Below, piece after piece: positions 13,501 through 25,500 of a stretch of DNA of 64,000 nt (position 1 is the first letter of the stretch; each line of letters starts with the position of its first letter). The stretch is taken from assembly GCA_051313645.2 (NCBI GenBank), contig JBNRSN020000010.1:96472001-96536000 (forward strand). The letters run 5' to 3'. The notes beneath the pieces are model-generated. The model was not told the origin of the DNA. It made no database searches and saw nothing but the letters and a program-made list of their open reading frames with translations. Source of the stretch: Centroscyllium fabricii. Its lineage: Eukaryota. The translations under genes were made by a program, and so were the position numbers.

Positions 13501-16500
13501 CAGCCTTACTTTGCACCCTTCAAGAACTAATTAGAGATGTTCTCATTGACAATTACTCTGCTCATTGTCCTTGATATACAATTTTGGTCAATTTGGCTAT
13601 GGAACCAAATGCCAGAGACGCTCTTAGCTCATGGTGTCAAAAGCCTTGGTTAGGATGACAGAGACCATGCATAGGTTGATGACTTTTTGTTGATGAAACA
13701 CTTCTTGGATCTGCCTAGTTATAAATTTGCATTGCAGTTTAGGCACATTGTTGGCAAAGAATTCTTGATAAAGAGTTTCCCTCTAATGGATAGGAGGAAT
13801 ATGTCATGGTTACAAGCTGATCTTTCACCCTTTCTTGCAGCAGTGATATCTTCCATTCACTTAAGGCCGCAAGTTTCCAACTTGGAGCATGTTGCTTCTC
13901 TCAAAACGAGGGCTATGTGACGTAATGGATGATTGTTGTTTTCTTTAAATTTGCTTTTCCTCCCATTCTGCCGAAAGGAAGAGCATTGACCCCACATGTT
14001 TTTGCTGGGGCATGGTGTCATTGGCACTCTCTGGCATATTGCTCATGTCCCTATTATTCCTGTGTTAGCCTGACCTCCATTCGTCCCCATCCAGCAGGGA
14101 TAACAATCAGAAGAGGAATTTTGGCCATTTTTTCTTTTCCCCATCCCCAACTCTGGAGAAACTGAGACCACTGGTAGCGCTTCTGCTGTAACTTCAGCCG
14201 AGATCACCTACCTTGGTGGTCAAGCCCACTGCCTATGACTAAGTTACTCACTATATAAACTTACTGAGCCATGAGAGGAGCCATAGTGTTCAGGCTTTCA
14301 TCCAGGAATATCATACATTCCATATCACAACAGTGAGTAGTTGGTTGGACTTTGATGGCATGATTGAAGCTGTTAGCTGCTATTTGCTTATCAGATTGAG
14401 ATCAAACAGCCAATGTTCACAGCACTTTTTGTCTAAGCCTTTCCCGGTTAGTGAGCAGTATGATCCTAAAAAGGGTTGTCAGCCACACGGGATATTGCTG
14501 TTAAAATTATTTTTTATTTGTTCTTGGGTTGTGGGCGATCCTAGCATGGCCACATTTATTGTCCATTTCTAGTTGCCATGAGGATATGGTGGTGGATTTT
14601 CTTGAAACGCTGCAAATCTTGTGATCATCAGGGGGGGCATTCCAAAATTTTTACCCAGCGACGATGAAGGAACAGTGATGTATGTCGAACTCAAGGTAGT
14701 GAGCAACTTGCAGGTCATGATGTTTCAGCAATGTTTGCTGCTTCTGTTCTGCCTACTGGTAGAGGTCCCAGTGCTCGGAGGTGCTATTGAAGTTAGCGTG
14801 ATGAGTTGCTGCAATGCCGTTTTGGGAGTTGATGGTGGTGCAGTTGAAGGTCAGGGGGAAATGGTTGGGCTTTTTCTTGTCGAAGATGGTCATTGCTTGA
14901 CACTTACAGGACACAATTGTTACTGCCACTTGTCAGCCCAAGCCTATGTTTTGTCCAAGTCCTGCTGTATGATAAGCAGCTTCATTATTGGAGGATTTCT
15001 AAATGGAGCAGAATACTGTAAAATAGTCAGTGAATGGCTCCACTCCTGACCTTTGTGACAGAGAGAAAGTAATAGATGAAGTCACTGAAGATGGTTGGGC
15101 TGAGAGCACTGTTCTGAGGAACTCTTGCAAATGTTTAGGGACTGCAATGATTCCCCTCTGTATGCCTGGTATGAGTACAAACAGTAAAGGATTTTGTCTA
15201 TGGCGCTCACGAATATCAGTTTTGTTAGGTTCCTTAATGTCAATTGGCTAAGTGCCATCTTCATGTTAAGGCGGTTGCTCTCAACTCTCCTCTGGCATTT
15301 AATTCTTGTAATCCGTATCTAGATTAAGGTTATGATGAGTTCTGAAGCTGAGTTCTGGCAGAACCTGAATTGAGCATCAATGATTAGGTTATTGGTGAGT
15401 AGGTGCCCGAGATGACATTATTGATAACTTATTTTAAAGTAATTGGTCGTAGGATTACAGGGGAATTGAGGAAAAATGTTTTATCCCAGCGGGTGGTGGG
15501 AGGTCTGGAAGGGTGGTAAAGACAGAAGCCCTCGTCGCATTTAAAAAGTACTTGGATATGCACTTGCAGTGTTGTAACCTACAAGGCTGTGGGATTAGGC
15601 TGGATAGCTCTTTTTCGGCTGTCATGGACACAATGGGCTGAATGGCCTCCTTCTGTGCTGTAAACTTCTATGATTCTAGAATTCATCCAGGATAGTAGAA
15701 CCAGAAGACACAGCCTGTGCTTGTAGAAGGGTAAATTCAAAACGAATTTGTGTAAACATTATTTCAGTGAGCGGGTGGTAAATCTGTGGGCCAGGATCCC
15801 TAGAGAGACAGTGGAAGCAGATAGTGTTGATTCATTCAAATGCAAAATAAATAGATTTCTTTCAGAAAAAATATTTTGGGATACAGTATAAGTAATTTAA
15901 GATATGACATGGTAAGTGCGGCATGCTGGGGAGGAACAGGTGACTTTGGACCTATGGTTTCCAAAGCTTTCCACCACTGGAGGTTTCCTCGCCTCGTGTC
16001 TGGGTCTGTTTCAGATGCATTGATAGAGATTGCTTACGTTGATTAGTCAACAACTCCATTATCATTGTGTCATATGACTACCAGGATGGTAAACAGTGAA
16101 CTAGATGGATTATGGTCTTTTCTCACATACCGATTCCTGTGTTCCAAGTGGCCATGTGCAGTATATACGGTTATAAATTTTATACTGTTTCATTTATTGG
16201 TTAAGTTGTACCAGTACTTCACAACAAGTTAAACTCTTATCTTATAAATTTCAAATAGTTTGGTTTGTAAACGTTTAGCATTTAGCCAGTTTCTTTATAA
16301 AGTTAGTGACTAAATGTCATTCTTATTTTTACCGAAAGTATTTATCTTCAACTCCTTGCGTGTTGAAATGTTCCCATTTAGTTAATGTTGTCTTATTTTA
16401 GCTTTTTAAATTTTGTTTAAAGGTGAGAGATAATCTTGGAATTACAATAGACAATCAGACCTCCCCACCACCTCCAGTTTTGATACCACCTCTCCGAATT

Positions 16501-19500
16501 CTAACTCCTTGGCTATTTAAGGTAAGTTAAGATTTTGTTTCTAAAAGATGAGTGATCTATTTTTCACTCTTCTATTTTCATCAATAGATACATGTACCAA
16601 AGGGAGTCTCTAATGCATTCAGAAATTTCATGCTGTGTCTTCACTAAGTGTTGGTCTTGGCTTAGTGGCAGCATTCTTGACTCTAAGTCAGAAGCTGTGT
16701 GCTATCTTTCAGATGAAATAGTAAACTCTTTGCCTTCTCAGGTGCATGTAAAAGATTGATGGCAGGGAAGTTCTCTTCAGTGTCCTGGCCATGGCTCAAT
16801 TGATAGCAATCTCGTTTGAGTCAGAAGGTTGACAACTCAAGTGCAACTCCAGAGATTTGAGCACGAACTCCAGGCTGACGCTTCAGTGCTGTACTGTCAG
16901 AGCTGCCATCTTTTGGATGAGACTTTAAACTCTGAGGCCCTGTCTACCCTCTCAGATTGGCATAAAAAATCTCATGGCATTTTTTGAAGAAGAGCATGGA
17001 AGCTTTTCCCAGTGTCCTGGCCAATATTTATCCCTCCATCAATGTCACTAAAACAGATTATCTGGTTGTTATTACATTGGTGTTTGTAGGCCTCACTGCG
17101 CAAATTGGCTGCTGCATTTCCTGCATCACAACAGTGACTACACTTCAAAAGTACTTAATTGGCTATAAAGTGCTTTGGGATATCCTACGGTTGTATCTCT
17201 CTGCCAACACCACCAAAAACAAATACAAATGAACTGGTCAGTCATATTTGTTGTTAGTGAGACCCTGCTCTGCATAAATTAGCTGCCATGTTTGCCTACA
17301 AAACAGGTAATTCATCCTAAGGACTTGAAAGGTGCTATATAAATGCAAGTTCATTCTTTAAGTTACATTTATCAGTTTTAAGTTGTAATTGTTTGATTTC
17401 TTGAAATTCTGGTTTAATAATTGGTTATGAATCAGTCTTGTCACTTTAAGGATAATTTATTACTTATCTGTTAAGAGAGTTACCACTTACAGCCCATAAT
17501 AGTCTTGCATAATTTTTGTTTATATTGATGCTTCAAATTTCTAAGGAGAGCATATATTTTCCAGATTTCATATGTTCATCTAATCATCTGCATTTAATAC
17601 AACACTATCTGTATAATTTTTTTTTAGTACACCATAATTGCATCAATGCATCTTATTTGGTAGTACAGGTTGAGCACTGTTAATCCGGCACGGGCGGGAC
17701 CAGGTCTGTGCTGGGAACGTGAAAATCCCGAACGATTGAAGCTTCGGCGAGCGCATGCGCGGACCATTCAAAATGGCCACCGCGAAAGGTCGGCGTCCAT
17801 TTTGAGTGCTCTGCGCATGCGCTGATCGTTCGGTAAGGCCCGGTTCGGGAAGGCTCGGTGAGGCGAGGCAAGGCCCGGCTCAGTAAGGCCAGGCTCGGGA
17901 AGGCGAGGCCCGGCTCGGGAAGGCCCGGTCCGGGACGTTCGGCAGCACATGTGCAGATCATTAAAAACTTCACGGCGGTCATGGTGAATGATCTGCGCAT
18001 GCGCAGATCATTCACAGAAGCATCAATCACAGCAGCCATTTTGCGCATGCGCAGGGCAGTCAGGGCAATTTGTTCTGGAAGACTGAAGCTGCCAGCTTAT
18101 CGGGTAATGGATTAACGGTGCACAACCTGTATAATGGCTGTTTTATGCATAGTAGTGTGATTCACCTTTAAGATCCAGATTTTGCAGCATGCAATGCTTG
18201 TACTTCACGTTTCTGCAGAATGCTTAAGGTTTTAGTGGTGCATCACCTAAAATGAATTTAAATTTCTTATTTGCCATTAAGGATTTTTTTTAAGCAGCAT
18301 GAAAATCGAATGCAAATGGGGTTTTGTGTCTGTCTGTCTTGTTTTTTGTACCTTTGGGATTGAGTACTACATTTCTACATTTGTTAACCGTTGAGCAAGA
18401 GGAAAAGTGCAAATGTTAAAACTTGTATAATTCTTTCATGGTCAGGATTAGGTTTATTAATTGGATTTTTTTTTCAGTGCAGCAATTCAATCATTTTGTT
18501 TTGGTTTTGGGAAAGGAAGACTGATTAGGATAGCTACCAAAATCTATGCTGGGGTAAAGTTTAGTGGCACCATATGTTGCAACTCTGGGGTAAAATGTTG
18601 TGGTACAGTATGTTGCAACTCCAAGAAACAGGCATGGAATGGGTTCATGTCCTATAATTTTCTGCATGATAAATTCTGGGATCAGCTCCAGCATCAGGAG
18701 GTGGTGGGAGAAGGAGGGATGAGTAGAGACTAAGCGGTTCCCAATAGGGCTAAAGGAAAGATTGTGCAAGTCCTGCGGGCCAAAAACAGAGAATTGTGTT
18801 ATCAATCACGTGGTTAGCAGCATCAATAAGATCCCAAACCATTAAAAGTGAAGTGGTTATAAAACCATAAACATTTACAGCACAGAACAAAGCCACTGTG
18901 TCATGCTAGATCCCATATTGGCCTCCTCACCTCTGCCCCAGTTCAGCAGCCAGCTTCCCAACTCTACAGTGATGCTATCCCAACTTGGTTCTGGGAAATG
19001 CCTCCATTAACTGTTCCCAGCGTGATCATTGTTGTCACACTTGACATTGTCACACCTCAAACTTGAACTAAAGCTCACTTTGAGTCTGGCCCTGACCCGC
19101 TTTTCTGTTGTACCCTTGTACAGATGGAAAGCCTACACAGGTTAGCAAACCCTTTAGGGAAAAAGTGGCATAAATACAACTGAGTTATGTTTAACATTCA
19201 GAAAGACTCGCTAAAAATCAATAGTCATGTTCAATTATTTTATTAAAATTTGATTTCTCTGTCTTCAGATATAAACAATAATTAAATGTAGTACTGTATA
19301 TTCCTTTTATAAAATTACTGAATGTAGTCATTTTTAATATTTGCATATGTATTTATTTACAATTTAATATATTTGATACTTTTTATATTGTGTCTGGAAG
19401 CACAGTCCACATTTATAGTGGAAACTCTAAACTTGTCACACTGAATTGCACTCTCCTGCCAGTGTCAGCACTGCGCTGCCAGTGGTGAGAGGATGTAATT

Positions 19501-22500
19501 ACAGTGTGATAATTGGTATAACTTGATTATAGCTGGAAATATTTATGCAATTAGATATATCTCTAAATTTTTACACTTTGAATAGTTCTAATATTTACAT
19601 GTAATTTGATCTATTGTATATTTTGTAAGTTTCTGATGATCATCTGTTCTGTTCCTAATTATTATACATTGAGGCACACAATCATGACTGAGGGATTTGC
19701 ATTTATTGACTCTTATAATTGTAGTCCTTGAGGGGCATTGTTTTATTTATCTAACTGCACTGAGTGAGGGCCACACTTTTTTTCAGAATTTTTATCCATG
19801 AGCATTGGAGATCTACTACAGTAGTTTCATTTTATACATAAATCAGACTATTTTTCCTTCATTTAAACAGTAATGTTTTCAGTTTATAAACTGGCAAAAT
19901 ATTTTGTTTACCTCAATCTAATATTTAACGCTATATTTTAATTCTCATTTAGGCAACAACATTACCAGAAAAATACAAGCAAGGAAAGCTGCATGCATAT
20001 AAGCTTATCTGCAAAATTATGAAACGGCGTCAAGATGTTTCACCTAATTCTGATTTCCTGGTTCACTTCTATAATATAATGCACAGTGGACTCTTAAATC
20101 CTGATCAGGTCAGTTTTTTGTTACTCTTTAACATCGGTTCACTACTTTTACTGAAATCTATATTTACAGAGTTGTATCGAGTTTGAGCTGTTAAATTTAA
20201 AGTTTACAAGTTAATGGTGCTGTCTGGTATGAGGTTTTTTCTTTTTAGTTGGAGGTTTGGGGACTGATGTTTGTACCGCTGTTGGAGGTCTAGGTTTATG
20301 AGCTGCTTTGTTGCTGTACTCAAGATTCTGCAACAGGAATAAGGCAGTCAGGCCGAGACCAGGGCAAATGACCATCTGTTCAAAGTTTTAATTATTAGGC
20401 TTGAACGTTCTGCACAAGTGTCTGCTCCAGCAAGCATTATGTGAGAAGTAATGGGGAGAATTTTTTTTTATAACCATTTAGATACATTGAAAAAAGACAT
20501 CGGGGGGTTGGGGGGGAAGGAATAGAGAAGGGAAGAAAAAACAAATAAATGAAATTGCTTAAATCTTAAGAAAACACTGCAAATTTGCTGGGAGTGATGG
20601 GGCAAAAATAAATGTACAACATAACTCATTGTGAAGTCTTATTCTTTCTCTTTCACTGCTGGTAATGTGTGTAAATCTTGTGTAACTCATGTGATGTACT
20701 GCTTCAGTACATTTGCTGTGTTACAACAATTAGCAAATCATTTCTGCACTTGGTTTGATGTGGGCACTGCAATGAACATCCAAAACTGCACTCCAAGTAC
20801 AAGAGTGTCTGTGACGAGGCATAGGAGTTCTACTAGTCAATGTCATAATGAAGAATGAATACCTGTACAGGTACACAATCCCTTAGCCGCAACTCCAAAA
20901 ACCAAAAAGTTCCAAAAACCGAAGTCCAGGGTTGCGCCAACATAATCATTTTTTTCTTAAATAAATTGAAGCTGCAGCAGAAAAAACACGTTCCTACCCT
21001 GATCTCGTGCTGTTGATGCCGTGCTGAGGAAAAAAATGGCCGATCTCCCCCTGCAAACGGCCGATCGCCCCCTGCAAACGGCCGATCTCCCCCTGCAAAC
21101 GGCCGATCTCCCCCTGCAAACGGCCGATCTCCCCCTGCAAACGGCCGATCTCCCCCTGCAAACGGCCGATCTCCCCCTGCAAACGGCCGATCTCCCCCTG
21201 CAAACGGCCGATCTCCCCGCTGCAAACGGCCGATCGTCCCGCTCCAAACGGCCGATTTGTCGTTCTCCAACTGTGAGCTGGGCCGCAAACACGGCAGTGC
21301 GCATGCGATCTGCGCATGCGCACTGGGGCCAACTCTAAAAAGCATATTTATCTGAAAACCGAGTCCGGCCCAGTCCCGAGGTTTTCGGATAAAGGGTTGT
21401 GTACCTGTACTACATTTTTTTTTTGTGAAATCTTACATTGTCTTCAAATCTTGATTAATTTTCAATAAGTAACAATCAAAATGAGAAATTCTTAAAGCTT
21501 GCCGTTTTGGTTTGTATCAGGTGAAACTCTAAACGTGCAATTTTATATTTTGGTGACTTGCATTGTTGTATTTGATTTATATCATATTGTGGAAATTGAT
21601 TGTGTCCACTTTAGTTGTCTTCCACTTTAATACTTTTTTCAAAAACTTTTGTAGGATATAGTGAATACCATCATCAAGCACTGTTCACCGAGGTTCTTTT
21701 CTATTGGGTTGCCTGGTGCTACCATGCTAATTTGGGACTTTATAGTTGCTGCTAGCAAAGTGACATTCTCCTCTTCACTCAACGTAGGTCAACAAGCATA
21801 TTACTATCTTTATTGGTGGCTATGAAACAAGGTTGAAAGATGGGCTTTTGAAATGCTGGTTTGACTGTTAATTGGTTTATATTGGAAATGAAATGGACAT
21901 TACTATGTGAATTTTTAAAGGTCTATCTAAAGAAGAAAAAATGGTCACATTCAGCAACAAAATGCTAGTAAAGATTTTCTGCATTTCGATAAATGTAGAT
22001 CTATTACATTTTTTAATTCTTTGATAAAGATTCGGAAGGGAATTAAATGGTTATATGTGGGATTGTCATTTGGCCTTATTGAACATTGATGTAGCCCCTC
22101 AATGACTTGTATTTCTCTAGATTTCAGTCAAACTTTATAAGCATCCTAACAATAAAGTGTTCCCTTTGAAAGTGGAAATGTTCAGATGTATTCCAAGTGT
22201 ACTTTTTACGCTTAAAGAAAAAGTCATTCTGGATTTATCACTAATCTTGGCCAGTTATTTCATGGCCTCATCTGGATTTCTTTCCAAGACACTTCTGTAA
22301 GGACAGTCAGTGTACTTCATCTATAGATCAATACATTTTGTTTACTTGTACAGTTGGAACATATGAACAAGAGTAGGCCATTCAGCCCCTTGAGCCTGTT
22401 CCACCATTCAATGAGATTATGGCTGATCTGCGACCTATCTCCATATACCAGCCTTTGGCCCATATCCCTTAATACCTAGTTTCTAGATATTCCTTGAATA

Positions 22501-25500
22501 TAAAAATACTAAACCAGATGTATTTCCTTTGACTTTTTTTAGATTATACTGACTTATGTAGATACTTTTACAGTTGATCCCTGATGGTTCAGTGGGTAAA
22601 TGTAGTCTGATGATGTCCTAAACTGTACAGTCCAGGAACATCTCAGATTTGATCTCTGATCTGTACTAAGTTAGCTGATCTCAGCAAGATTACTGCTGAA
22701 GATACTATTGGTCTTGGTACTCGTATACAGGAAACTCTTTATTGTCCAGCACCGACGGGACCGGTGTGTTGCCGGTTTATCAAAATTTCCGGATAACGGA
22801 GAGGGTTATCTACTGAGGCTTTTTTTTAAACAAAGAAAAATTCTGTACCCATGGATTGGAGGGTAGCTAATGTTACCCCACTATTTAAAAATGGTGGTAG
22901 AGAGAAAGCGGGGAATTACATCGTAAGCCTGACATCGGTAGTGGGGAAAATGCTAGAGTCCATTATAAAGGATGTAATAGCTGAGCACTTGGAAAACAGT
23001 GACAGGATCGGACAAAGTCAACATGGATTTACTAAAGGTAAATCATGCTTGACTAATCTACTGGAGTTTTTTGAGGATGTAACTGGGAAAATAGATAGGG
23101 GAGAACCAGTAGATGTGGTGTATTTGGACTTTCAAAAGGCTTTCGATAAGGTCCCGCATAAGAGATTAGCGTGTAAAGTTAAGGCACGTGGGATTGGGGG
23201 CAAGGTATTGACTTGGACAGAGAACTGGTTGGCGGACAGAAAGCAGAGAGTAGGAATTAACGGGTCTTTTTCTGAGTGTCAGGCAGTGACTAGTGGGGTA
23301 CCGCAGGGATCGGTCCTTGGACCCCAGCTATTCACAATATACATGAATGATCTAGATAAGGGAACTAGATGTAATATCTCCAAGTTTGCAGACAACACAA
23401 AGCTGGGTGGGCGTGTGCGCGCTGAGAGGAGGATACCAAGAAACTCCAGGATGATTTGGACAGGTTGGGTGATTGGGCAGAAGCGTGGCAGATGCAATAT
23501 AACGTGGATAAATGCGAGGTTATCCACTTTAGTGTCAAAAACAGAAAGGCAGACTATTATCTGAATGGAAATAGATTGGGAGACGGGGAATTGCAACGGG
23601 ACCTGGGCGTTCTTGTGCACCAGTCATTGAAGGGAAGCATGCAGGTGCAGCAGGTGGTGAAGAAGGCAAATGGTATGTTGGCCTTCATAGCGAAAGGGTT
23701 TGAGTACAGGAGCAAAGATGTCCTGCTGCAGTTGTACAGGGCCTTGGTGAGACCACGCCTTGAGTTCAGGTTGAAGTTCGTTAATCCCGCACCCGAAAAA
23801 CCGGCAGCTTCAGTCGTTCGGCACAGATTTTCCCTACTGCCCGGCGCATCAGCAGACAATTCAAAATGGCCACCGTCCGGGCTGGGCTTCCCTTTCACCT
23901 AACATATACTCACTGGATCCCGGCTTAGTGACCACCCCGATGCCGATGGTGAATCCCAGGCCCAGAAGATGAACTGTTGTGCTTTCGCAGGATGTGGTAC
24001 AGGCAATTCTCGGTGCCCATAGCTGCCGGAGGCTCCTGCCTGCTTGCGTGCTGACGTCACCGCGTTCAGAAGCTGGCGTGCGGTGGCGTCACGTGAGCCG
24101 GGCTTGAGCCGCGCATTGGGCCTCAGGCCCGCTGGAGCCATGCAGCCCGCTCCCTGATTCGCAGCAGAATCGAGTGCAAGTTCCACCCGACCCTTGGGCC
24201 GAAAATCAACTTCCAGGTACCGGCGAGCGCATGCGCAGAGCATTGAAAATTGCGTGGCGCCCATTTTGAATGCGCCGCCGTGGCTTCAATAATTCGCCGT
24301 TTTCAATAATCCGGCAGGGTGCTGGACCCGACCCTGCCGGATTAACGAACTTCAACCTGTACACTGTGCAGTTTTGGTCGCCTTATCTGAGGAAGGATGT
24401 TCTTGCCATGGAAGGAGTTCAGCGAAGGTTCACAAGGCTGATACCTGGGATGGCAGGAATAACGTATGAGGAGAGATTGGGTCGATTAGGCTTATACCCA
24501 CTGGAGTTTAGAAGAATGAGAGGGGATCTCATCGAAACTTATAAAATTATGACCAGTCTGGACAAACTAGACGCAGGAAGAATGTTCCCGATGGTCGGAG
24601 AGTCCAGAACCAGGGGTCATAGTCGAAGGATAAGGGGTAAGCCATTCAGGACAGAGATGAGGAAGAATTTCTTCACCCAGAGAGTGGTGAACTTGTGGAA
24701 TTCTCTACCACAGAATGTAGTTGTGGCCAATTCATTAAATATATTCAAGAAGGAGTTAGATATAGTTGTAAGAGCTAAAGGTATCAAGGGATATGGGGAG
24801 AAGGCAGGTACATGGTACAGAGTTTGGATGATCAGCCATAATCTCATCGAATGGCGGAGCAGGCTCGAGGGGCCGAATGGCCTACTCCTGCGCCTATCTT
24901 CTATGTATCTATGTAAAAAATCAAGAAATGTGCAGCATACAGTAATTGGGTACTCACCTACAGAATGTTGTGTTAAATGGATGTAGATTGTGGCAGTTTG
25001 CCGAACTACTCCCACTGATTAACTTAGACTCCACGGGAGACTCGGACTCGGCAACATTGCTGGTTATTGAGGTGTTGTTTTCAGATGAGAATTTTCCCGG
25101 TTAGCAGAGAATTCTGGATATTTAGGTGCCGGACCTGTGCTAGGCAAAGGATGATAAACTGGGGTCCTTGTTGATTGTTATCCAGTGACCCCTGCTTTTT
25201 GTGTATTTTTGTTGTGACTTTAAAAAAAATATATATATATATATATAGTGATATATTGTGTGTATTATAATATAAAAATGAATTTTGATGACTGGATCGA
25301 GTTTGGCTGTGAAGCTCCTCCATGATTGATGAAATAGTCTGATGACCCTTACTGCCTCGGAAATCATGAAAAATGGCAACTTGGGTGATATGCCAGCGTG
25401 AGTCACTGCTGTCAGTGGAGATGGGGTGAGAAGAGAAAAAATCCAGAAACAAACAAAAATCTAATTTACTTGTAAGCATTGTTTTGAGTCTCCAGCTAAG

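Noticed and set aside
20833-21345. Four overlapping repetitive ORFs and a CRISPR-like look
   Set aside because: Caused by a 21-bp tandem repeat with no unique spacers inside a MITE; eukaryotic context and no cas genes.
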